Positions 1 to 13,616 of a stretch of DNA of 64,000 nt are shown piece by piece. The notes below the pieces were generated by a model. That model was not told the origin of the DNA, searched no databases, and worked only from the letters and a program-made list of their open reading frames with translations. Source of the stretch: Chlorokybus atmophyticus (Eukaryota > Plantae > Mesostigma and Chlorokybus algae); the NCBI GenBank assembly GCA_009103225.1, contig RHPI01002368.1, positions 339,397 through 403,396 of the forward strand, read 5' to 3'. The number at the start of each line of letters is the position of its first letter. Position 1 is the first letter of the stretch. Position numbers and translations under genes: made by a program.

Positions 1-3000
1 CATTATCTTCACTCGCACCGCATCATCCACCGTGACATGAAGCCGCAGAACATATTGATCGGTGCTCATGGTCAAGTAAGTATGCATGGCTTGAGGCATG
101 CTACACAAGCATACAAGCACACACATGTACAGGCGTGTGCGCATACACAATATAAATCTGTTGTTACATATATGCAGGTGAAGCTTTGTGACTTTGGCTT
201 TGCTCGCGCCATGTCCTGCAACACAATGGTGCTCACATCCATCAAAGGCACACCGTTGTACATGGCTCCTGAACTTGTGCAGGTATCAACATTGTGAACA
301 CAACGCTCGCCCACCTCATCCGCCAAACATGACATGTGAGATAACGCTTACATTTGCTGTGGGCAGGAGCAACCTTACAATCATACTGTGGACTTATGGT
401 CCCTCGGTGTCATCCTGTACGAGCTGTATGTTGGCCAGCCTCCATTCTACACTAATTCTATATACTCCCTCATTCATCACATTGTTAAGGTATGCTGGAT
501 GGTAGTTGTGTACATGCCACGATGCAATTTTCTCATTCAATCTTGCTCGCAGGACCCTGTAAAGTATCCCGACACCATGTCTACACACTTCAAGAGCTTT
601 CTGAAAGGGCTCCTGAACAAGACTCCGTCACAGCGGCTGGGATGGCCGCAGCTGCTGACGCATCCATTTGTGATTGAAAGTGATGCCGAGATCAAGCAGC
701 GAGTAAGCCTGCACGCGAGTAGATGCACGTATACGGGTGCATGCGCGCAATCATTCAGCAGATACTGTAATATGGTAACATCTAACTGCAGGTCAACTTT
801 AGTCTGTGCGTTTGCATGCTTATGCACAAAGCAGAGTGCGAGTATTTGTATCATATTGCTCGCAGATGCATACGCACGCACACAAACATGGCAGTAATGG
901 CCAGTTGCCTCGGATGCAATTTGAAAGATGACGCGTGTATTGTCATTAGGAAACCATGCTGGCTGCAGACAAGTTGCGGCGTGCACCTGCAGTCAGCCCT
1001 GCCATAGCACCTGCATCCGAAAAGGAGGAGAAACCGACTCCAACAAAAGGTATACTCCACCACATGCCGTGCCCCTCAACACGTGCTTGTCAAGGTCACA
1101 CGCTTGTGTTTATGCGTGTTTCTGCTGACATGATTCACATATGTATAAAACAGCCATTTCAACACCACGCACGACTCCAATACCAGACCAAAGAATGGAG
1201 CAGCCAGCTACACCAGACGCGCACCAGGCCAGAACAGGCAAGGAGAACCACCAGCATCAGGCCAACGGCAACACCCCTCATGCCAATATGCACACGCCAC
1301 GCGCCACGCTTGCAGCACCTCAGGATCTGCAGGTTTGCAACAAGATGATGGAAGATGTACAGCAGCGTCTGAAAAACCGTGGTGGCTGTGCTGGATGTGT
1401 GTGTGACAACCTTGTTTTCAGGTGACTGGGACCTCAGTGCGGCCTGCAGCGGGTACTCCCGTCCCTCCCGCATTGCCAATTGGGCCGAACCCAGGCCTGG
1501 CTGCCTTTGGCATCAAGGGTGCTGGTAACAACAGCACACCGCAGAAGTTGGCCATGCCCGTACGAGCAGCCCCAGAGCCTCCCAGAGAGCCTCCAAGGGC
1601 TCAGGATCAGGCTAGCCCGGTGCCAACGGCCAGGCCGAAAGACGCTCCCGAGGTCAGCCCGCGCCGTGAGAGTGTCGCTTCTACAGGTAGAGTTCAACAC
1701 AGTTGCCACTTGAGGTGTTGCTTCCAGTAACACGATTAGACCGGCCTGGTGCATGTGTGTACATGTGCGTGCATATGTTTTCTTGCGTGCAAACTGTTGC
1801 TGCCGTGCTTCTTCTTGTCATGGTAAATGCAATCATCCTGCTTACTTTGACGCACTGCAAGTGTCAGTGATGTATCCTATGTATGTGGTAACATACTTGC
1901 CTTGGTTGTTCAGGTCCAGCTGTTGCACAGCCACAGCCGTTTCAGCGGGAAGAGCAGTTGTCACTTACGCCAGCGGGGGCTGAAGCGCTCGCAAACGAGG
2001 TCGGGGCAGTCAGAAGGCTGGTTTCTGCAGCAAATGTGACAATGGACGCCACCATGCCGTCCACGTCACGGCCCGAACAGGCCAGGGCGGCGCTGCGCAT
2101 CATCAGCAACGTGCTAAGACATGTACCAAAGCAGCGCCGCAGCGGGGACGCTGCCGCACTGGAGATTGACATCATCAACGTCGTGCGCAAGTACCTGAGC
2201 TCAAGGCAAATGGATCTCGAGCCTTTGGCAGAGGTGCATTGGCATGTTTGAGATCTGTCGTGTACACTTGGTCAATAAAGCGTGCACAACCAAATACACC
2301 ACACAAGCCCGCACACGCACGCACACACATGCGCACGCATGCAAGCACACGCACACACGATTGACATGTGTCGCTCTTAGCCTACTTATGGACTTGTACG
2401 TCGTTGTGTACAACTGTTTTGCCGAAAACTTCGCACAACATCCCATCCTGAGTACATGCAACAAGGTCTTGAACTGCCAGCTGATTGTGTGGTTTGCAGG
2501 CGGTATCCGCACTGAGGCAAGGTGGTAGGCTTTCCGACAGGGAGGTGTCTGCGTTCCTGGCGCTGTTTCGGCAGCTCTCTGCTGTCGTGGGGAAGGTCCA
2601 GGACGAGAGCGCAGCGAACAGAGTGCGCACGGACACGTACGGCGTGTTTCTCGAGGCCATGCTGAATCCGGTGGACACAAACTCTGCCAGGCAAGAAACA
2701 TTATTATTCTATGACTGTGTGTTCAACAGCGCTCGATGGTGTGCTTGTCTGCAAATGACTCTTGTGTTTCTGAAGTTAACATGCACTTGTTGGGAGCAGG
2801 ATTTTGGCACAGCAGCTGTTTGCAAATGGCGTTCCTCAGCATGCGAGTAGCCTGATAGCAGCTGCTGAGAAGTCATCCGCAAAGCCCACCACGTGAGACT
2901 TGTGTGTTTGTGTATGTTGTGCACGTCTTCTCATCGCATCACTGACAATGTTGTTGTTAACAGCGCACAGTATATGGCGTTGAAGCTGCTGGACTCAATT

Positions 3001-6000
3001 TTGCAAGTCATGAAGCACGATGCAACTTGCGCGCTGGTGGTTGCGGAGTTGGCGTCAAGTATCGTAGAAACGAATGCCTTGGCCTTCATTGCATCTGAAC
3101 TGAACGGCTCTGACAGCCAAATGGCAGCTTCCTTGCTGCTCATGTTGTCACAAACGCCCAACGATTCCATCTGCCGAGGCTTCATTACGAATGAGCGGTG
3201 TTTACTCAACATATGGGCGTGCTTGGAGTCCAAAGCAAGCATAGATGTCAAGTCCATGCTTGCGGCAGTGATCGCAAATGTGACAGCTGTAGCCCGGATA
3301 TTGACACCGGCAGCGGATATCAAGGTTACAAGTTCCAGGGTCCAGGCGTTGATATCGCTCCTTATGGTGCATCAGCAGCATCCCATTGCAGCGATGCCGG
3401 CAGCATCCGCGCTCGGGCAATTGTTAAGCTGGCATCCGTCCCTCGGCCAAGCAGTCATAGCGCTGGCGCCGACAATACCGCACGTGTTGACCTCCCTGCT
3501 TCGTGTGAATACGAGTAAATCTGAGCAGAGCAGACGGCTTGAACTCCTTGGCACCAACGGCTTGTGCGATGGAGTGACCTTGTCAACTTTGCACCTCGCC
3601 AGGTAAGCAGTGAACACTGCTCAGTGCTCAACAAGAATCAAGAGTTGCAGCTTGCTATCTGCCTGATATGTTTACACGCATAAACATGCAAGAACACCCA
3701 AGTCATGGGCAGAAGCATATGTTACGTGCATGCTGCCGGTGGCTGTGTTCATTGGGTTTTAACAGTGACATGGCGCCTATGTCCACAACCTTTTAAGCTT
3801 GTGTATAGTATCCTGACCCTCCTCGCAGGTACTGTGCAAGGGCTATGGCGGCAGCGGGCCTGCCTGATGCGCTCCTGCTAGTCGTTGCGCAATACTCAAG
3901 CGTGACAAAATCTGGAGCATTGTCACCCTCAGGGCTTGTATGGGCCCTAAGCGCCTTGCAAGCCATCATCACTGGTACGAAGCACGCATATGGGAGTCTG
4001 TCACACACCCAAGCACCTTCATACGCGTGCACACACTCACATACGTACACACAAACATGCATGCACAAATGCAAACCTGCATTGTAGCACTTGGCGTGCA
4101 GCTGACATGCTTGTTCTGTTGAGTAGGTAACCCAGAAGCCGTGAGCTTTGTTGCCCGGGAGTCTGCAGCCAAGTCGCTCGTGCAAGTGTTGGAGAGGAGT
4201 ATCTCAGCCCCGGGAGCATCTGCACAAGAGCAAGCTGCATCAACCCAGGCCGTCGGGGCGGTTGCGTTGCTGCTGCAGGCACCTCTCACCCTGCAGGGTT
4301 TACCCGACGGGGTTGCACTAAAGGCCGCTCAGCAAGTGGTGCGCTTGACATTGAACTGTAATCTGCATGTTGGTTTGTTTGCGCGTTATTGTGTTCTCAG
4401 GTCAGGTCAGGTAACCTGAGCACCTTTACAGGTTGTGGATAGCAATGTGGTGGCCTTGCTGGTGAGGTGGATGGAGGGTAATGAAGTTGGCACCGAGTGG
4501 CAAGCAGTCATGGGTAAGAAATTGTGACCTGTATGAATTATGGTTACATGTGGGATACCACCTTGTCCGTGTGTTGCATGTCCTGTCCTACACACAAGCA
4601 TGGTGTTGCACATGCGATTGCGGAAGCGCACGTCTGTGTGTGTTGAGGACATCAAGCTGTGTAGCATCTTATGGCCTGCAATTTTCTGCAGGGGTTATGT
4701 CACGGTTGAGTCTTGGGTGGACGCAATGCGCGAGGCAGTTCATAGACTGCAATGGGCTCTTGCCAGCCAATCTTGGCAAAATGTTGCATGCGAGCAACCA
4801 CTCGGCCATACTAGTGGACGCTCTGCTCATACTGTCGCAGCTGGCGCGAGCAAGCAAGGACAACTATGATGCATTGGCAAGGTCACAGCCATATCAACCG
4901 GTAAGCCTGGTTTCTTAAGTTGATCCATCCATGGATGGATCTACATGAGGAGTCAGATGTCTGGATCTCTTGTGTGCATTGTGTACAGATACGACAGCTG
5001 TTGGCACATCCTGATGCCGGTGTCCGGGCACGTGCATGCAATTTGGTAAGCACTCCTGACATGACAAAACTTGCATGGTACAGCAGCTGTCGCGCTCACA
5101 GCAGCATGGTATGCTTTCATATGGACTTGACATCTACGAGTCTATGTGTTAGGTAGGCAACATGTGCCGGCACACTGCGCAATTCTACCCGGCGCTCATG
5201 TCTGAGTTGCTGCTTCCGTCCCTGATTGAACTCTGCCGAGACTCGGACCGCTCCACGCGCAAATTTGCATGCTTTGCCATTGGGAATGCTGCCTTTCATA
5301 ACCAGAGGCAAGCAGCGGATGATGCTTAACATGCACGTGAGCACGCACACACTTGCATGCGCACGTGTGCACAGTGCACACATGGGCCATGTGTGCACTG
5401 TGCGGTTGACAACAATTGTGCGTGCAGCTTGTATGATGCCCTTCGACCCGCAATTCCATGCCTCGTCGCATTGCTCTCTGATGGAGAAGAGAAGACGCGT
5501 GCGAATGCCGCAGGAGCGCTCGGTAACCTCGTGCGGAACTCCGGGGTGCTGTGCAAAGACCTCTTGCATGCCGGTGCTGTTACGGTACGTCCAGCAATAT
5601 GCTAGTGCTGTCTCTTCTGCATATGATGAGCCCAAGCTTCATGGTACAAGCATATGGCTATTATATACGTACACCCAAACACAGCTATGCATATGCGCTC
5701 AAGGTGTCAACTATGGTACATTAATCTATCAAGTTTGCATGTCGCATGTGCTTTAGATATATTAAGACTAACATACCCTGTCTTTAGATAATGGCCAACT
5801 CTTTCCATGGTAACAATTGTTAGAGTTGTCACGGTCTTGCCCATGTTCTCGCTAGCTCTTGAAGTGTGCTCCAAGCCATGAGACTGGTCAATTACAAGCA
5901 ATGCTCGCAACAGGCGTTGTTTGAGTTGGTGGCGGACCCACGCAACGCGAGCCCACCCAGCAAGCAGGAAGGTGGTGGTGCGCAGCAGCAGCAGCAGCAA

Positions 6001-6195
6001 GGGGATGGCGGGGGTCAGTCACCCTTGAAGATTGCGTTGTTCTCGCTCGGCAACATGTGCGCCCATCGCGAGTGCCGAGACCACCTTCTCGGTCTAGGGT
6101 TCAGGTCCGTCATGGCAAGGATCGCACTCTGGCCCGACCCTGTAACCCAGAAATACGTTGCTAGGATACAGCACAAACTGCAGACTGCCTCGTAG
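1..6195 (+). CDS. Fused/STK36/TIO-family Ser/Thr kinase with C-terminal ARM/HEAT repeats; multi-exon, 5' end lies upstream of the window
   Basis: Spliced exons (1-75, 178-282, 367-489, 553-~701...) read [92 protein letters not shown]. The C-terminal exons read [14 protein letters not shown]...[24 protein letters not shown]...[18 protein letters not shown], typical of Fused/TIO kinases. Stop TAG at 6193-6195. Confidence 0.92.
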
Positions 6196-9100
6196 ATGAA
6201 TTGAATGAATAATCTTCGACCCGTATTTGGGATATGCTTACACTGCGTCAACAGTTCTTGCTTGGCTCATCTGACGCATTGAACTGATGCGCATGCAGAT
6301 GCAGATGCACACACTCAGGTGCATGACTGCGGGCATGCATGCACAGGCACGCGCGTGCATGTATGCCCGCAGTCACGAACTTATCCGCTTGCACGTACGC
6401 ACCGCGACGATATGTTCAATGCGGGGTGCACACACATACATAAATATTAGAGACTATAATGGACGCTACGTTGCGCATACCCATATACCATGCACATACA
6501 CATACACACCACACGGTTATAACTTGTGGAACCCATAACGCTACACATAGCTCACCAACACAAGCCAGCTACATCATCAACGCCAACACGCATAGCAACC
6601 ACCCAACGATGCGGGCCTTACGCCGAGAGCACCGCAACAACAGGGTAGTCATGGGGCCAGGTCGTGGTGGCCAGCCCAGAATTGCACACACGGCCGTAGT
6701 CGCTCTTTAGCACCACGCCCTAAGCTCGCTGCAACGCACAAGCAGCTTTGCTACTTCCACACGAAGCCCGGCTTATGTGGGTCACATGCAACTCCCTGTG
6801 CTGGACCATGTGGTGTGAGCAGTCGGTGATGAGATCGTGCAAGAAGGCCCTTGAAGTGGCAAACATTTTTGCCACAAGACGGATGAACTTGTTTGCAAGT
6901 GCGTGATCAATGCACTTGCGGCACGTAGCCAATTCCGCTGCGTGTGCTCCCTCATCTGGCCAAGCGCTGCATCTGATGATAATGGTATTCAATAGTAGGC
7001 GTCGATGATGGCCTGGCTCAGGCTACCCGACTGAATCCGTGTGCCTATGGCATGCTGTGTCATGATTCTGCTTAAGGTTTGGCGGTTTTAGCATGGAACC
7101 AAAGCGCTCGACCAACTTAGCCGAGCGCTTTGGCAAAATAACCCGCCTCACACTTGATACACCTCATCATGCAGCGCGTCATGTGTGGTGCTGCACCAAG
7201 GAGGGCGAGGGAACTCTCACTGTGACAAGAAGAGCACCTCAGCAAATGTATGCCTCGTCCTTGTGGCAAAGCAAAAGGCTACAAGCACAATTCTAGACAT
7301 TTGTTTTGATGCATTGGATAGGGTAGGCTTGTAAGTAAGTGTACAAGAGATGATATGCTAGATTAATAGCATACGTAGTGTAGTGAATTGAAAGGGGCCA
7401 GCAAGCATAAGCACCAACAAGCATGCATGGTGTCAAGCATATAACATATGAGAGTTGCGGCAAAGTAAGCTCGGAGCGGGGACAATATATGTGCAAACAC
7501 AAATAGCATAGATAGCACAAGCAAGCAACTAGCAATTACAATGGGGGCAAAGACAGTTCAACGCTAGGACACTAGAATTAGCTAGTACCTAGCAACCCTC
7601 AAGTAGCAACGGGTACGGGCTTGTGCAAGGGCATGGAGATAACATGTGTAGGCACCACCCGCGGAGCGCAGGAGACATGCAATGTCATGCTCAGCACCAA
7701 GCACATGCAGTCATACGCCACAATTACTTACTCACCACTCTCGTTCTCAACGCTACCCAACACGTCAACTCCTTAGCCCGTTAGTCACCAACATGCATGT
7801 TGTCAATTCATCACCTGCACGCCGGCATGGCGTTGTACCGCAGATGAAAGACAACAAATCTTTTAAGAAGTAATATGGTGCATGCGTAATGTAAAGTACA
7901 TTAGTAAGGCCAGCAACCATGCAGTGGGAGGGGGCGGGGGCACATCACGCCGAACAGGGAAGGCGATTTCACTCTTAGGCTGCTATGTTGATAGCATGAT
8001 TGTATGGGAGTTGAATTGCTTATGTGGGTGCAGTACTTAAGTGGTTCGCTCATACAGTCAGTCCTTGAGCACTCCTGTGTGGGGCGTTTCTGAGTGGTCT
8101 AGCTAGAGTTTTGGTGGTGTTCCTTCGGGTTAACGCCTGTGCTGAAGAAGAGGCGCCTCCCACTTCCTGTTGTTGCTGGTGGTGTTGTCATCAGTTTTAC
8201 TGACAACCTGTTGTTGTGGACAACCCCAGCCCAACTGGTTCTGCACTTGTGCATTGTCAAGTGTGCATGCATGTGTATGTGCATGCTGTAGCCTTACACA
8301 CTAGTGTGTGTGCGTGCATGTGTATGTCCCTTACATATTAAAAATGGGCATGACATGTATGCATGCACAATAGCGTTCCAATTCTGTGCATGTGTGGCTA
8401 CGTCCTCCATGGCACACGCATGCTCATGCATTGAATGAGCCTCCGTTAGTAAGCAGGTGTTCCACACTGTGGTGTGATGATGGTATTGCAGCTCTGAGTG
8501 ACCCGCCTTGAGCGGAGTGATTCATGTAATGCCCGCTTGGCTGTGGCTCATGAGAATATGCCACATGCTTCCCTTTGTGCGAATGACCGATTAGTCAGGG
8601 CTATTGCATTAGTGCAGTAACTGACATTGAGTGATTGACAAAACACTGAGGTGGTGGTTGTGACAGGGCATAGCTGATGACACCCACAACACACCCACAC
8701 CATCTCACTGCATTGCACTGCTTTGCACCGTCCTTACGGCCTTACCTTGAACCGCACCCAGCGACTGACTGTGCGTCTGTCTACCTCTGCTTCTACTCTG
8801 CGGTTGACAGGTCGGTTGCCATGCCTCTTCATTCCCATCACCACCAACCTTTCACTACCCACTACATTGCACATAGTAGCACTAGTGGATTAGTCTTGGG
8901 CCCTGGGTGGTGTGTAATCATATGTATGATGTCCACTATTTGCTTGTGTGTTAGCTAAATGTTGTGACTGTTGATGACTGCACAGTGTGCTGCATGCCAA
9001 GCATTGCACGACCGCATCAGGTGACGATTGATTTATACCATATGCATCTGCTCCCGAAATAGATGCTGATGGAAGCCACGCAGTATCATGCTGGTGCCGG

Positions 9101-9673
9101 TGCTAGTAACATGTTTGACTGGCACAATATGCCAGACCTAGTCTTCAAGTCACGTTGGTAGATAGCGCAAGTCAAAAATATATTGACAAGAGGCTACCCC
9201 AACCAATCGGTGTCTGCTTGACTTGAGGCACAAAGTTGTCATACAAGAATTGAAGTTGCAGATGAAGGTTGTGCGGTGATCAGCAACAAATAGTCGCAAC
9301 CACCATGCGCCACAATCAAATCTTGCGCACTTGAGATTCATACCTTTTGGGTGTACTGGCCAGTGTTTACCATACGGACATTGTGTGCAGTGCAACCAGT
9401 CGTGCACTCAAACCATCCATATGAGTACAAGGGTGCACTACCAAGTACCGCCATGCAGTCTGCCAAGTAAGCAAAGCCGAGGCCAAAGCAACCAATCTTG
9501 ATGTGCAGAAGAAACATGAAAACTTGCTTAGCGCTACATAGAGATTAAGTGGCAAGCCTTGAAGCAGCCTACAAAAAATGTCTAATCACTGCATGTGCAA
9601 GCAAACTTGTCAATAGGGAGCTGGGGACACATACTTAGGGTATTATGCAAACTAAGCTACACTAAACTCTCAA

Positions 9674-11849
9674 CTAGCAGGACTTGAGCACCAGCGATTT
9701 ACATGAGTGCGATAATAAATAGATCGCATCTCGCACGACAATGGGAGCTGCAGTCAGGACTGCGATAAACACAATCCCTGGAACGTGAAGCCTGCCACAC
9801 AACATTATGTAAGTATACCATAAGGAATGAGGGCAAGCGACCTCGTCAAACCAGCCAAGCCGAATCGCTTACCAGTACACATAGTCGATGTGTGAGACAC
9901 TGGGATCAAACGCATGCCATAGGAAGGCTATACAGATGGCTGCTTGCAGCGAGACGAAAGCGAGCAGAAACTTCCGGCCCTGCATAATAGAAGGAAGCAC
10001 ATCAGCTTGATGTCCCAACAACCAGTTGTCATGCTTTCAGGTTGCAGAGTGGTCAACTCACCACAGGGTGAAACTGGCGCTTGAAGCATATGTACAAGAC
10101 AGGGACATAGAAGAACATGTCGATGAGGAAGTCCACAGTCACCACCAGCTTGATCTGCAAGGCAACCAGAGCTATGTGACAACAGAACTTATGATTACGT
10201 GACAAGACTTACAACAAACATAGCACAAGCTAGCAAGATGCGAAGTGTGAGGCACATGCTGTTTACCTGCAGCGGTGAGATGTGGTCCTTGTTCAGAAAC
10301 AGAGGGATACCCAACATGTAGGGATATGGCCACAACACCGCCACAGGCGAGATGTAGAACAGGTCCTGTGAACAGACTTGTCAGCATTGAATGCCCATTT
10401 GGGAGTACCAACTTCCTTCAGTCACATGTCGGCGTTCAACTTACTTGAAAGACATGGATGAGCATGCCGATGGTGCACCCCAGCGCCAACACTGGGATGT
10501 CTTCCCTCGGCAAGCCGAAAGCCTCTGCCGGCTTGTTTGACTGTATTGATGATAGGCTCCAGTGTTCTCTGTGGTTGGGTTGAGCCGGCGCATGTCGCCC
10601 TCGTCTCCGGAAGACGCTCTGCAATAGCCTCGACCGGACAGGACTTGAGAGAGCTTGCGAGGTAACTTCAATGTCTGAAGCGTCGGATGTTGATCGCACC
10701 TCCGATGCCTCTGATACCAAGTCTGGAGCATCACCATCTGAGCACTCTGAGTGACAATCCATTGGCCTTGACAGTCGGGAATGATCTTTCTTCAGTCGTT
10801 CTGCAGGGACATGACAAAATCAGTACTTTGCAAGTAGGCACAATTGAACAGCGGGAGCACTGACACCCAGATACTACTACCGCACACGAGCAAGCAAGGT
10901 ACTCTCTGCGTCAGAATAGAGCACATCAACCGCCTTCATGCACAGTCTGGTAGTGCTAATGTGGCACTGATGCTAATGTAGCAATGACACGGTATGCTTA
11001 GTACCTTCCAGAGGTGCAGGAATGCTAGAGTCTAGGGAGGAGGAGGGTGACTCAGGGACAGTCTGCACACCCCTGAACGAGTCGCAGACTTGACAAGCGA
11101 GCTGCTTGGGCCAGTCCCGAAAGCAGGCAAACACCAGGAGTAGACACCCTAATATTACCTGCACAAACCAGTTGAATGCTCAGCTGCCCGTGCACATATA
11201 TGCAATCAGCACCTTGCCAGTGACATACTGTGTGCATTTCACAATGCACTTACTGGAATGGAGTGTGAAAACGACCGGTGCAACTTCTGAATGTACGACT
11301 CATCCTTTGTTATCGCTACTACTGCACACCTGTGAGGACATATTGCAGTTGATGAATCTGCACGCTTTCAAGCTAGACTGAAGCCCACTCACAGCGTACG
11401 CACGTACTTGACAAGCATACATACTTACGTGACAAGCAGGTCCGCGTCCGGTAGTATTGAGCCCAGCATGACGCCAAGCTTGAAAGCCTTGCCTGCAAAG
11501 AGTTCTAGCTGAGTGAGAATAAGCATGGATAAGTGACGTTCATTTTGGAGAACACAGCACGAAACTGCGGCATATATCAGCCAAACAGGCAGGAAAGCAG
11601 CCTAGACGCAACGTCGCAACATAGCCCACTGTTGCTGAGGCAAGAAAATGCTTTGCCTTTCTTGCATTTGCAGCTGACTCGCTGCTTTACCACAGACCAG
11701 ATCTACACAGCTTGATTTGCTGTGCAGGCGATAGACTGAGCATAAGCTGATGACTTACCATCTCTCCACGTGTACGCAGCTGGCAGCCTGGGGCACCACC
11801 ACTTGGCCACTGCCAGCCCCACGCCCAGGTGGACACCACCTGGGGGCAT
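9674..11849 (-). CDS. YdjM-like (PF04307-type) membrane-embedded metal-dependent hydrolase, about 8 coding exons
   Basis: Phase-consistent GT-AG exons 11849-11759, 11492-11429, 11329-11254 and further exons join to give MPPGGVHLGVGLAVAKWW...LGVMLGSILPDADLLV...LHRSFSHSIP...LGCTIGMLIHVFQDLFYISPVAVLWPYP...IKLVVTVDFLIDMFFY...LHVPGIVFIAVLTAAPIVVRD..SC*. The H, PDxD, HRxxxHS and HxxxD motifs occur in family order between hydrophobic segments. Stop at 9674-9676. Confidence 0.8.
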
Positions 11850-13579
11850 ACCTCTTCTCTCCTAACCTCTCCGGCCTGACGACCAACCTCCTGCTCCAAA
11901 GCTTCAGCTCCTCGCAACCTCCAGCACTGAACCACTCCCCCCGCTGACCTGAGCTTGTACACCAGCACACTGGCCTAGTGTGATAGCTAACCAAAGCTTA
12001 CCCACAGCCGTCCTCAACAGTGCCAGAGCACACACAGCCACAACAATCCAGCAAACAATCTACCAAACGGCAAGCCTCAAAACCGCCTCAACCGCAGCTG
12101 CCGCCGCCCAGCTCACCTCCGGCAGCCAGGAGAATATCCTTGGTGTTGATGGTATCCTTGGTAGCATTAATGGTATTTTTGCAGCACATTTCCTGAAGCA
12201 TGTTTCACTGGCAGCGGTAGCGGTAGCGGTGACGTGACGCCAGTCTGAATACGTAACGATATCAGACGCAACGTATTGCAATTACGCAGCGTAACGCGCT
12301 CTGGGCTTTGTGGACCACAAGCAATAGGAAAGTGCAGCAATTTTCGCGGCGATTTTGCAAGGCCGTGGAAAACGGTTCTGTGGAGTTTCTGCTGAATTTA
12401 AGGATTCCTTAAGCATGATTCGCGAGCAAAGTGCTGCCCGCTTGCGCGCTTTGGCCTGGCTTTGCACCGCGAGTCGCCGGTATGCTCTTCGCGCGCCCCG
12501 GATTCTACCTCCTGTTCGGATTCCTTGGTTCCCAGTTAATCGCATCAACTCTAGACCAGATGCCGGCTGAGTTTCAACCATGAAGCAATGATATCGTTGG
12601 TACAGTCGGTATGCCCGAGGGGTTCCCATTAACTCATTTTGTCTACGTTTTTTTCGGGTTTGCCGTCGGCGGACTATGGGACTTGAGCGATGTCGATGTC
12701 GACTGAGGGAGACTTGTCTCTTTGTGTCGATGACGTCTCGAGTAGGCCGACTATGCAGGTCGACAACGACCGCTGTGACCATAGCGGTTATTGTCTGCGC
12801 TGGTCGACGTTGACGTGCGTGCTATACTGAAACCGTTTGGCAAGGATATTGGGCGGAAACTCACAAACCTTAACTTCAGCTAATCTCCCATCACCTCTTG
12901 ACATGTGCGTCGACATAGACACAAGCAGTCTGACAAAAATCCGTCCTCACTTGTCTACGTCGACCCGCGACGACGAGTCCTCACTCGCCGACATCGACCC
13001 ATCAAGACATGTCAACCTTTGCCCACGTAGACACGCGCGTCAAACCATAGACTTTGGTGAGTTAATGTTTGCCCCGCAGCAGCCGCTCGGGCATACCGAC
13101 TGGGTAATGCAACCGACATCGGGGTTCTTGCCCCTGAGGAGGAAAGCACAGTTGATCGCGGTGAGAAACTCGGTCCCTTGAGCGTTTCGTAACCGCGGAC
13201 TGGGGTGGCAGCTTTACGTGACTGGGGATTGGCGAGGAGGGAGCGGTGATTGCGCGGCTTTATGCGTTCAACGGCGGTGATTAGCCGACGTGCGCGGACG
13301 AACGTGCGACACACGCGCCACGTAGGATCTGACGGAGGCAAGCGCACGAGGGGCGCCACGTTGGCAGGAACGTCTCCGTCGGCATTCATGCTTGTTTGTC
13401 GTGAAGTGCCACAGCATGACAGTCAAGACCATGATGCAGGGCGCAGTGGATGACGGAAGTTGCGTCACGGAACCCAACAACATGAAGCCCAATTGGTTGG
13501 TCATTTATGGTCCCCCCCCCCCGCCCCTCCTCTCCAATTGTGTAAAAGGATAACGGACACAGGAGTGGTGTCAACTCAT

Positions 13580-13616
13580 GTCAGTTCAGTCCAGTTCAGT
13601 TCAGTCCCAGTTTATT
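13580..13616 (-). repeat. (CTGAA)n-like short tandem repeat preceded by AATAAA; possible 3' tail of a non-LTR retrotransposon
   Basis: The minus strand reads AATAAACTGGGACTGAACTGAACTGGACTGAACTGAC. No upstream RT fragment was recognised. Confidence 0.35.

Noticed and set aside
7300-7700. Solo-LTR family shared with 34560-34990
   Set aside because: Similar composition and a few 10-13-bp matches only; no alignable termini or TSD.
9674-10762. Initial reading as a transposase-like remnant
   Set aside because: Splicing joins these pieces into a coherent YdjM-type hydrolase with no internal stops.
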